A DNA stretch of 64,000 nt, taken from Thalia democratica (lineage: Eukaryota). The first letter of the stretch is position 1; every line of letters begins with the position of its first letter. A model generated the notes under the pieces. The model worked only from the letters and a program-made list of their open reading frames with translations, was not told the origin of the DNA and ran no database searches. This document shows positions 50,243-61,647 of this stretch, one piece after another. The stretch spans positions 59,892,001 through 59,956,000 of the forward strand of contig OZ241830.1 of NCBI GenBank assembly GCA_965202585.1, read 5' to 3'. The translations under genes and the position numbers were made by a program.

Positions 50243-50267
50243 AAACTATAAGTTTTTAGTACTCAAT

Positions 50268-50883
50268 ATGGAGCCGAGTTCACAACCAACTGCAGCAACA
50301 AGTAGCAGCTCGGGAATCACGTTCAATGTAACTTTCATCAAGTCTCTGTCTTGCGCTCTCTACGTAGCCGAGTTTGTGTTCGGTTTGCTGTTTTGGGCGT
50401 TGATTGCAAATCCTTACGCTTCTGGATCAACTTACTCGTTTCTGATGTTCGTAGGAGTGTTTGCTTGGATCCTGACAATGTAAGTACCTTATTTGTTATT
50501 AGATTAATAAACTCTATTGTTTTTAGCTACTAAACTGCAGGAATTATGTGTTCTTGTTAACCGACTTACAACTTTTCTAAACTTAAATGTATAAATACAT
50601 AAATAAACTGTTCATTAACACTTTCAGAGTTTGGTTGGTGCTTCATGTTTTTGGGTTCACAGTCCAACAATTATCAGGAGCGCCCTGGGCTGTTATTGAA
50701 TTCGTGTTTCACGCCTTCTGGTCTGTAATGTACTTGGTAGCTGCGATAATCACCAGTGTAAATACTCACGGTTTTGGGAAACTCCAGGCTGCTGCTGCTT
50801 TTGGTTGGTTCACAACTTTTTGCTACATAGCTCACACCATTGTCAGCTTGAAAAACTGGAGAGGCAGCTTTCCGTGGGAATAA
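50268..50883 (+). CDS. MARVEL-domain four-TM protein, paralog 2, 155 aa; exons 50268-50479 and 50628-50883
   Basis: Same single phase-2 intron position as paralog 1, roughly 75-80% aa identity, ends KNWRGSFPWE*. Confidence 0.9.
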
Positions 50884-53343
50884 TCTACTCTACAGTCTAC
50901 ACATGCCTTTTTTGTATTATCGTTATGTATGTTTTTTTAAACAATTAACGAACTTTTGGTTTTAGAAACATTATACATTTCAGTATTTACATACATATAA
51001 ATAAATTTTAAATATTTTTTTTACATAATTAAATTTTTATAATCACAAACAACGTTTTAATACCTTTGAAAATTTCTAAAGTCAAAAAAAACATAACTAG
51101 CACTTTTAGAAAGTTATACGAACGAATACTTTTGTACAGCCTAATTAACCGTAAAATTATACTAAATAAAGATAGTTTCTTTTAGAAAGTATTTCTTGTA
51201 ATTTTATAACCATTGTAACATGTGTTTTAAATTTTTTTCGTTGTTGCTTACTGTTAATGAAAGTTTGAATCTTCGGTCACGAACTTATGACGACACTAAT
51301 TGCTCACCATTACAATAAAAAACTTTTCGAAAAACTGATGTACTTTTTCTATTTTTTCTAATTGTTTACTGTCTTTGCTGTCTTATATAAATATAACAGA
51401 ATTTAGAGATTTTAAAGTTTCAACCAAAAGTTTAGTTATACCAAACTTACTTTTAATTTTTATTTTAAAACAATAAATAAGTAATATTGATTTATTAATA
51501 GTTTAAAGCTGTTGTATAACTTACGAGTATTACTAACAAAAAACTTTAACTCTGCTTGAAATATTAATTATCATTTAGTACTGTTCGAAAACACATTAAA
51601 TTTCCATTAAACTTCAATTTTTTCCTTATAATGTTTATAAACATTTTAAATTGCACAAGTTTTTATAAATGTTAGTAAAATTTATATGAGTGTAAGTTAA
51701 ACTTCTTTCTGGTCTTTTTAAAACTTTATCGTTTATCATTTTTGCTTGAACAATTTATACAATTTTTTTATACGTTAACTGTTTGTAGTTTACATTGTAG
51801 CAATTAAAAACAAAAAAAACTTCTTATTTAAAAATCAATGTAAATATTTAAAACTTTATTCTAAAACATTAACTGCTTTAGAACATAAAATTGAGTTACT
51901 TATTTACTCCTAATTCGTATAAAAGTTTTGTTTTAGGTGTGACTAGAAAGAAGATTGTACTTTTTACTTCATTTTACAAAACATTAAGCTACTTACTAGG
52001 CTAAGAGCATAAACTTTTCTCGTTATTTTCAAAACCGAAAGGAACAAAAAACTACGTCATGACTTTTAAACTATCAATCATCTATAGAGAAGCAAGATAA
52101 AAACTAAGACTTGATTTTTTTTTAAACAGTTTATTTATATTAGTTATTTCGACAGTAAAATCTAAAAGTAAATAAGCCTATCTATGAAAAAAGCTGCTTT
52201 GCACTTAAACAAAAAGTGAAGCAATTTATTCTAAAATGTTTAAAATACTGTGATAAACTAAAGTTTCTCAACTATTTATAAGTTAACAAAGATTTAGGTG
52301 AATATGACTTAAAAAGTCATTTTATTACAATTTTTTTAATGATACAAATAGTTCTAAAATATCTTTTAAGAGTTTTATTGAATATATTTGCGATATGCGA
52401 TATGACCTGCAAAAACTCGCACGACTTAAAAAAACATTTTAAAACGTTGTCCTTGTTTAATATTCAAATGCTAAGTTTGAGTACAAAGAAGTACTTTTTG
52501 TAGAACAAGCAAGAATAAGCTACTGATGTGTATTTACAATAAAATAAACTTTCTAAATGAAAATATGTATAATTTTTGTTTAACCGACTCTATAAACAGA
52601 ATTTTAATTATTATTTGCTACAATTTTCATACACTTTTCTAAAACAAGTAGCTTTAAATTTTTAAACTAACTACTTCATAAAGTTAATAAAACTTACAAT
52701 TTATTAGTTGTTATAATAGTCCTATCAATTAAATTAAGTTCTGGCCTGTTTGTTGGCGTGGGCTACTTCAATTTGCCATGTTCTTCAGTTTATCAACTTC
52801 AAACAACTAGTCTCTCAAGAAGTATGAGGTGGCCTTAACATAAGAAGCTTTTTGTTAAGTTTATTTGTTGTGTTTTGTTTTGTTACTTAAATTATTTTAA
52901 CCTGAAAATGTAAGAGCTCTTCAATAAAATACTCTGAGAAAATGTATACTTACATTTTGAGTTTGTTATTTTCGATAAAGGAACTAAACAATTTAAATAC
53001 TTCAATGATATTTGAGTTAGTTTTATTTACTGAGAAACTATAAATATTAAAATCTATGAACCAGAATGCATAACAGTTTTAGTTTATTTTCAGAAATTTA
53101 CATAAAAGTTTATTTTACTTTTTTAATTGTATTTTGAACTAGTTAACTCTCTTTCTTTTCTTTTAACGTTTGGTTTAAACTCTTAAAAACTTAATTTTAC
53201 TTGTTCTACAAATAAGTTTATTTTAATATTAACTTTTTAATTAATCATTAACAAAGTATACTCAACGATTTTACCTAAGCTTTACACAACTTAGTTTTTA
53301 AGTCCTTATAAAAGATTTGTTTTAGTCTCTTCTACCTCTTATA

Positions 53344-53420
53344 TATTGTTTATTAGCTGAAAAAAAAATTCTCGAAAATTTAGTGCAAGGACCTTGTGTA
53401 CGAAAAAACCTTTCGGTTAT
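53344..53420 (+). repeat. Dispersed repeat family A, copy 4 (truncated)
   Basis: TATTGTTTATT...CAAGGACCTTGTGTACGAAAAAACCTTTCGGTTAT. Confidence 0.7.
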
Positions 53421-54070
53421 AAAGAATAAAACATGCCTTACACTTGATTTGTTTTCTTTTTTTTTCAAATCAATTATTCCTTTAAAAACAATTTGACCAA
53501 AGTTTTAAGAAGCATTTTGAAGCAGAATAGAAAATACTATTTTTAATATTTTTTTTTATTCATACAATAACACATACATTTAAAGTTTTAATGTTAGATG
53601 ATGTAGAAGAAATAAAAATATCTTTTGTTTACCGTAAACTTTTAATTTGTTTAAGTTTTTGACAAAATTCCGACCAAATTGTTTACCTTCTTAAAATATA
53701 TTAAAAAATATAGAAAGTTAAATTAAAGTGAAAGTATATTAATTGTAATTTTGTTTTTTAGACTATCAAAATAATTTTGTTAACACATAAATATCTAAAA
53801 AGTAATAAACACTAAACTTAAAATTTTTCTAGCTGGGTGGTAAGATAAAGTATCATAAAACGTGTAATTTGCTATAAAAAGATTTTATAATCAAAAGTAA
53901 TTACTGATTAAAAAGTAATTTGCTTTGGAATTTTTTCTTAATTTTCTTATCGTAATTGCTTTAAAACTATTTTCAACGAACGCTTGTTTTATACTACTGT
54001 AAAATAAATTCAAATACTTTTCTAACAACTATCGAGTCTTTTCTATACGTATCACCGTTATTCTAAAACT

Positions 54071-57000
54071 CTAATTTATTTTCTCCGGATCAACGAATCT
54101 TTCCAACGTGACCTTTATTGCCTTCCACGAGCATCTTACGTTGGGACTCTCTTCGGAAGTGCACACCTTCAACGCTTCCAGTCCCGAATGGCCCTTCATC
54201 ACTGCTTCTGAGAGAATGTTTCTGAACACGAGTTTTGAAAACAGGCAAACGTACAGCTGGGCGTCGATTCCGTGACATCTGTTTAAATGTAACATGTTTG
54301 TTTTAAGTTTGTAGTATTCAAAATAACGCAATAGTTTAGTATTACTTATCAACATGCGAAAGCTAATTGAAGATTATAATGTATTTCTTGTTAAGTTTCC
54401 TGATAATTATGATATGTTTATCGTAAAATGTTTCAGCTTTTCAAATTTTAATGACTGATTTAATTTAAACTAAAGCCTAGTCTAAAGTATTTTTACTTGG
54501 CATTATAAATGACAAGACTTATGTTAATTTAAGTTACTATTTCAAGTAATCTAAATTACTAAACATAAGTTTTTAAGTATTTTTTTATAATAAAATTTAC
54601 TTATTTGAATACGGGTCACACATGCCAATCAGTTCTTCGCAATTTTGTCCGTACTCGTTGAAAAACTTCTCCTTGTGCAAAAGATCGTGGGAGTGACACA
54701 TGGGTGCGAGTAGGCAAATTACGTTGCTCATAAACCTGGAAATATATATTGTAAACTAAAACAAATAAAAAATTTAAAAGCAAAAACAATAAATCGAAAG
54801 AGCACTGAATATAGTATAACACAAAAGTTTTTTTTTGTTCAAATTACTTAATATTTTATGACCTTAAAAATTTATCACCTATTATTGTAAAAGGTTAAAA
54901 GAAGCTTGTAAATTTGTTCTTCGAAATAATATCATGTACGATTTTTTACCTAAAAAATGTTTGAATAAAAATGTAAATGCTTCTAATTAATTAATATAAT
55001 GATAACAGTATTATGAACTACTTTAAACTAAAAAAAAATTTTATAAAATAGTAAATACTTCTGGTAAGTGTTTTGCTGTATACTTCTGATAGGAAGAAAA
55101 TAAAAGTGGTCAACATTAATGAGCTTAACTTCAAAAGCTTTTGTTACAATCATTTGAGTAGGCTCAAAACCAAAAAGTAGAATTCTGTAAAAATGTTTTT
55201 TTAGTATAACAACAAACGTACAATCATATTTGAATACAAAACTTAAACAAATCATTTAAAAAATGTTTTTTTCAGTTAATGATCTTAAACTAGATTAAAA
55301 CTTGGTATGATTTTAACAATTCAAAGTACTTTTAATAAATTTTGTTTTATTACACAGTTAACTTTCAAAAGTTGTTTTATTTATTTTTATAATTTTTTTA
55401 GTTTTTTGACTCATCAGATATTCTGGAAATGTACAAAACCTTACTACAATGTTACGTACTATTCACAACAGAAAAAATAATAATATCAAGTCCAAACAAT
55501 TCGCAGTAATTATAAATTTTAAAACTTATATTCAAAAACTTTTAATTTATAGAAAAGAAAAACTTTACTCTATAAGTATTATGGTTAACAAGATAAATGT
55601 TTTAATCTTATTTAAGTTACAATCACACTTTTTTAAGTTTAATTTTTATTTAACAACTGGAAAACTTAAGTATATATAAAGTATGTTTATTTAAGTTAAC
55701 GTTTGAGCATAAACAAAAATTTTATTGTACATACATAAGATGTTAAACTTTTCTTAAGTCTAACCCCTTTTGGTAAAAGTTGTTAAACACTTCAGCTATA
55801 TTTTTGAGCAAAAACAAAGCTGTTTTTTGAGAATTGTCCTGCTTGCTTATGCGTTTATTTAATGCAGAGAGCTCCTTACAATCATTCTCAACGCTTGGAT
55901 TGCACAAAGATAAATCTTGATCAAATCGTTCCACAATATAACTGCAAAAAAAGTATTGTTAAGATAAAATCTAAGATTTTTGTAACTTTTAGATGATAAA
56001 ATTAAGCATAACCACATAGTAAAGTTAAGGTTAAGTTTATGATTATCAAGTTCACAAAATATGAATTAGGTTTTTTTTGCTGTAAAACTTTTCAATCATG
56101 AATAGGAATTGGCGTAGATTGATTGACTTACAAACTTCTTTTAAGTGTTTTTACATTAAGTAATGCACAAACTACTAAGTATTAGTTTAAATTTTATAAA
56201 CTTTTGTGATATTAAACTTTAAAAATTAACTTTAATTATAAGAAACTTTAAGGTAGGATTGAGCAACAGTCAGCAGGTCAGATTAACCAAAATAAAGTCT
56301 TTGGTAAGCTGCGTTACTTAGAAAATTTTGTTATAAAAGTTAATTAAACTTTTTAAAACAAAACTATGTTTAAATTTTACAAACAATTACTTAAATGATT
56401 AATTCAATTGCAGCAAACGCAGAAAAATTTTATGAGTTTAAACCGATTTTTCGCTAAAATTTAAAGCTTTTCAAAATATCACCTGATGTAGGTTTTTACC
56501 TGATGTAATGACCTGATGTAGGCTGTTAAACTAACTAAAATTACAATATACTTTACTTACATCTAGTGTACAATAAACTATATTGTTTAACGTATATACA
56601 TATTTAATGCATTTTTTAAAGCTTTTTGGTTAGTTGTTTTTACCAATGTGAAGTTTTAAAAAATAGTTCTCTGTTTATAATATAAATTTCAGATAAAAAA
56701 AACTGTCATAAACAAACAAAAAAAGATTAATTTTGCATTTAAATTTACCTAATAAAATGAATTTCTGTGGGCGAACTTGACTTGCAGACGTCCTTCTGAT
56801 TGGCTGAACGCGCGCATGCTGCGTAAACTCGGGGAATACCCGGCCAATTTTGCATTCTAAGCAATCTAGCCAGGGTTTCTTTCTTTTGGAAAAAGCTGTC
56901 GCCGTTCTCGTATTCAAACAACGTCACTCCATTCATGTCCTTTCTATAATGTTTATAAGCGGCTTTATAATTTTAATATTTTTGTTTATAACTACCTTAA

Positions 57001-60000
57001 CAACTGACACATTTAATAATTCACGGATATAATTATATGTCTACAATAAAACATTTTATTTTTTCTATTTTTAAGAAAAAATTCAGCTGCTTCTTTTAAA
57101 TTGAAAATATTAACTAATTTTACTAATTAGAAGACCCAATTTAAAATGTTTAACATGTTGAAATAAGTAGCCTTAATTAAATTAATTTTTAAAGAAAAAA
57201 AGATCTTTAGGTTTTCCTTTCTTAAAAGTCATGTTCTGAACTTAGTATAAACAAAATGTTTTAGTCTAAAACTTTATTTTTATGAACTTTTACTTTATTT
57301 AGATTTAGAGATAATATTACAGGAGCTGTTACTTTTGGCATGTACTGTTTAACTTAAAAAAAACTAAAAAATAACTTGAATTAACTTTAAAAGTATTTAA
57401 ATAATATCTATAATGATTATTTTACGTACTTTAGTTTAATGTCAAGTTATATACAAAAAAATAATTATTTGCTAAACTAACAGTTTGATTAAAAGTCTCA
57501 AGTTTGTTAACTTTTAGTAAATAAACCACAATCTAATAGTTTATAAGTTTTTTTAACGTAATTAATTGATTGAAAAATGAATAAGGTTTTAAGTGTTGAT
57601 AAAGATACAAATAAAAATTTCATAAAAAATTTTAAATGCAACTTGGTGAAAAAAGAAACAGTTTTTCAATTAAAAAGCATCAAAATCAACAAAAAATAAG
57701 TGAAAGTCACAAAAAATTCAGTTTTACTTTTATGATTTAATAAGCATTTCTGTTGAAGGACAAAAGAATATTTCTTATATTAGCTTTTAGTTTTAAGTTT
57801 ATCTTTATCAAGATTACTTAATTGTTGGTAAGTTTTTTTTGTTACAATACCACTATCTATAGTAATCATGATTATGAATCATGCATATAACATAACAACA
57901 AACCTTCCTTCTAATCTCAACATTCCTTTTGCTTTCTCAATATTGGAATGAGCAGTAAACAGCTCAAGCAGCATTGAGTTGGTCCACGTGGATTCCTTTA
58001 ACGATTCCAATCCCTGACACCCGACGAAATGTGAACTTCCTGTTTCATGCACGTCTATAAGCGTGTTTTGGATTTCCTTGTCGATCGTCGGCTCGTCAAT
58101 TACGATCAGCGAATCATCGTTGCTGTTTTGCTCTTCCAATGCTAAACATTTGTTTTGTTAACTAAAATAAATTACACTTTTTTTAAGTTTGGAAAATTAT
58201 AGAAAAGTTTATAGAAAAGTTCATACAATGGGTTGTATCTAATAAAACAAATAATAAACTCTGAAGAAAGTAATTATTGAGTTCGGTGTAAATTTTGTTA
58301 ATCAAACACAAGGAAAACTTAAGAAAAGAAGCATTTGTTTAGTACTGTGGAAAAAAATACTTTTACTTTTTTTAGTCCTTTAAATGCATATTTAAAATTA
58401 ATCTTGATGATTTTTAATAAAAGTAAAAAACAATATTTAGAATTAGTCCGTATTATGCATTTTTGTAATACAAGTTACCGTGTGATAACTACTTTGATTT
58501 TAAAAATAAATTTTGAAATTAAACTTTTAGTTTCTATTTTAGCTAATAAAAATATCGTTTTAAGGTTTTTTTTTCTCAAAAAATTGATATTTAGTTTACA
58601 AAGTTGTGATATTATAGCAACGAAAAAGTTTGCATTAAAAGAAAATACTAAAGAATATATAAAATAAACCATTAAAACTGTTTGTAATAAGTAAAGTTCT
58701 AAATATTTTTTTACAAAGTTTAAAAACAGGGTGGGTGTCAGAATGACACAGCGACAAAATGACACGGTGCGTCACTTTGGCACGGTGCGTCACTTCGACA
58801 CGGAGGGTCACTTTGGCACGGCGACAAAATGACACGGTGCGTCACTTTGGCACAGCGACAAAATGACACGGTGCGTCATTCTGGCACGGTGCGTCACTTT
58901 GGCACAGCGACAAAATGATAGGGTGCGTCACCTTGGCACGGTGTGTCACTTTGGCACGGAGGGTCACTTTGGCACGGCGACTAAATGACATGGTGCGTCA
59001 CTTTGGCACAGCGACAAAATGACATGGTGCGTCACTTTGGCACAGAGGGTCACTTTGGCACAGCGACAAAGCGTCACGGTGCGTCACTTTGGCACGGAGG
59101 GTCACTTTGGCACAGTGACAAAATGACATGGTGCGTCACTTAGGCACGGTGCGTCATTTTGGAACAGCGACAAAATGACACGGTGCGTCACTTTGGCACA
59201 GAGGGTCACTTTGGCACAGCGACAAAACGACACGGTGCGTCACTTTGGCACGGATGGTCACTTTGGCACAGCGACAAAATGACACGGGGCGTCACTTTGG
59301 CACAGCGTCAAAATGACACGATACGTCACTTTGACACAACGACTAAATGACACGGTGCGTCACGATAGCATGGATTAACAAACTTATATGCAAAACTAAA
59401 CTTCTTCAGTAATATAACTTTTAATTGTAAAATTTTGGTAGTAATTAGTTAAACAAAAGATTTATTATACTTTTTCCAAACTATAGTAGCTTGATACATT
59501 TGAAACTATATATGTTACATTGCTTTAAAATTTAAGTCATAGTATAAAACACCGTGTCATCTTTATGTATATATTTTATATATATATGTATATATATATT
59601 CTTTATGTATGATTTTTTTTTAAGTGATAAATATATAAATGCGCATGAATGGTTGCATCAGACTCTTAATTTTCTCTCAACTGTTCATAATACTATTTTT
59701 AACTTTTTCATAAATTTAGGCTTCAGGTCCGTTTATTTTAATTATTTGCTTTCAGACAAGTTTATTATATATTTTCAATACAGAGTTTTAAGTAAACATC
59801 CTAACTTATTAACTTTTGTTAAATATAAATATATAAACATATTTAATATAAATGGCTAGTTACTACAAAAGCAGCTTAACTCTGTATTTTTAAAAACTAC
59901 ACTTAAAACACGCATGACTTATTCTTACTACGAAATAACTCTGTATTAATTTAAATCTTAGTTATTTTTTTAAACAATTCCTGATAATAATTAATTAAAC

Positions 60001-61647
60001 TTAACAACAAAAAATACTAAATTTTATTCATTACATAAATATGAAAAACCGTGAAACGTAAAAAACAAACTTAAGAAATTTATGTTTATATACTATGACT
60101 TAAATTTTAAAGCAATGTAACATATATAGTTTCAAATGTATCAAGCTACTATAGTTTGGAAAAAGTATAATAAATCTTTTGTTTAACTAATTACTATCAA
60201 AATTTTACAATTAAAAGTTATATTACTGAAGAAGTTTAGTTTTGCATATAAGTTTGTTAATCCATGCTATCGTGACGCACCGTGTCATTTAGTCGTTGTG
60301 TCAAAGTGACGTATCGTGTCATTTTGACGCTGTGCCAAAGTGACGCCCCGTGTCATTTTGTCGCTGTGCCAAAGTGACCCTCCGTGCCAAAGTGACGCAC
60401 CGTGTCGTTTTGTCGCTGTGCCAAAGTGACCCTCTGTGCCAAAGTGACGCACCGTGTCATTTTGTCGCTGTTCCAAAATGACGCACCGTGCCTAAGTGAC
60501 GCACCGTGTCATCTTGTCGCCGTGCCAAAGTGACCCTCTGTACCATAGTGACGCACCGTGTTATTTTGTCGCCGTGCCAAAGTGACCCTCCGTGCCAAAC
60601 TGACGCACTGTGCCAAGGTGACGCACCGTGTCATTTTGTCGCTGTGCCAAAGTGACGCACCGTGTCTATTTGACGACCGTGTCATTTTGTCGCTGTGTCA
60701 TTCTGACCCGCTCCCTAAAAACAAACCTTTTTAGAACTTTTACGATAATATGGCTCAAATAGTTAATATTAATAAATAGCAGGAATAAATGTAAACAAAT
60801 GTGATCAAAACCAACCTCTGGTAATATTAAACTTCTCAAACACAGGAATTTGTGTCTTATTGCATGTTTCTGTAAAATAAATTAGTAAAAAAAAGTTAAC
60901 TTAAAAGACCTTTAAAAGATAAAATGCTTAATTATACTACAAAAACAATTTTTTATTATTAACTAAAAACATAACACTTTCTGTATATTAAGTCATGCGT
61001 TCTTTTTTAAATAGCAAAAAAAATCAATGTTTTGTAAAAGAGCTTCGAATCAAACTATTAGTTTAAAAAAAAAATATTAATAAAGTTGTAGTAAACATAA
61101 CAGTTACAAAGTTACTGTTTGAATTTTGAAAGTTTACTAATCAAACAAAGTTAAAGAAAAATTTTAAAAGCAGAAACTATCAAATATATCTTTTTACTCA
61201 TACTTTAAGTGTACAAACCATGTTTTTTCTTAACGTATGTTTTATGTTCTAGTGTTTAAACTTCAAAACATTGTTTCATTTAAAGATTCTGATTAAAATG
61301 AACTTTATTTTTAGTAAATTTATATATCTTAATTTATTAGTTACTAATACACTATTTTTAATTTCGTTGTACAAATTTGTTTTTATTTAATTCAGAAATA
61401 TATTTTTATAACTTATAAAGTAATGCATACAATCTGTTTTGAAACTATTAATTCTTAAAGTCTTTCAATTTAAAAATTTTTTTTAATTAAACACTGTATC
61501 TTAGTTAATAAAAAAAAACTTACTTCTATATTTTATGTTGTTAAAGCTGAGGATGACAACATCATATGCTAACAGTGACAAAAGCAGTACACCATAAAAT
61601 CCAGTTTTATTTCTAACAAATAAACGAAATAAATAGTTACTTTTCAT
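54071..61647 (-). CDS. Type II membrane / secretory-pathway kinase-fold protein of the PKDCC-POMK-DIPK group, probable pseudokinase, 396 aa, 7 exons
   Basis: Exons on the minus strand: 61647-61524, 58141-57904, 56943-56749, 55941-55765, 55184-55059, 54735-54613, 54278-54071 (1191 nt, all GT-AG, phases consistent). N-terminal signal anchor GFYGVLLLSLLAYDVVILSF. Motifs VGCQGLESL, WPGIPRVYAAC, SYIVERFDQDL, LLKNIAEVFNNFYQKG, ILLFGFEPTQMIV..EVKLINVD and Cys-rich C...CHSH...CEELIGMCDPCHGID resemble PKDCC as I recall it ([47 protein letters not shown]). Exon 1 is the least certain join. Confidence 0.78.
58729..60715. mobile_element. Foldback-like element (1987 bp) with long modular inverted arms, in intron 1 of the kinase-like gene
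   Basis: Termini GGGTGGGTGTCAGAATGACAC / reverse-complement GGGAGCGGGTCAGAATGACAC; 8-bp TSD TAAAAACA (58721-58728, 60716-60723). Outer tandem arrays 58729-59362 and 60271-60715; inner AT-rich arms 59363-59546 and 60089-60270 are near-identical; 542-nt non-coding loop. Confidence 0.88.

Noticed and set aside
44105-59859. F/L/K/I/Y-rich ORFs (44105, 44914, 55449, 58335, 58475, 59554 and similar)
   Set aside because: Compositional artefacts of about 80% AT DNA, mostly with non-ATG starts.
58740-60715. CRISPR-like appearance and the twin 63-aa ORFs (59159-59350 +, 60285-60476 -)
   Set aside because: No unique spacers, eukaryotic context and no cas genes. The ORFs are mirror images produced by the inverted arms and start at TTG.
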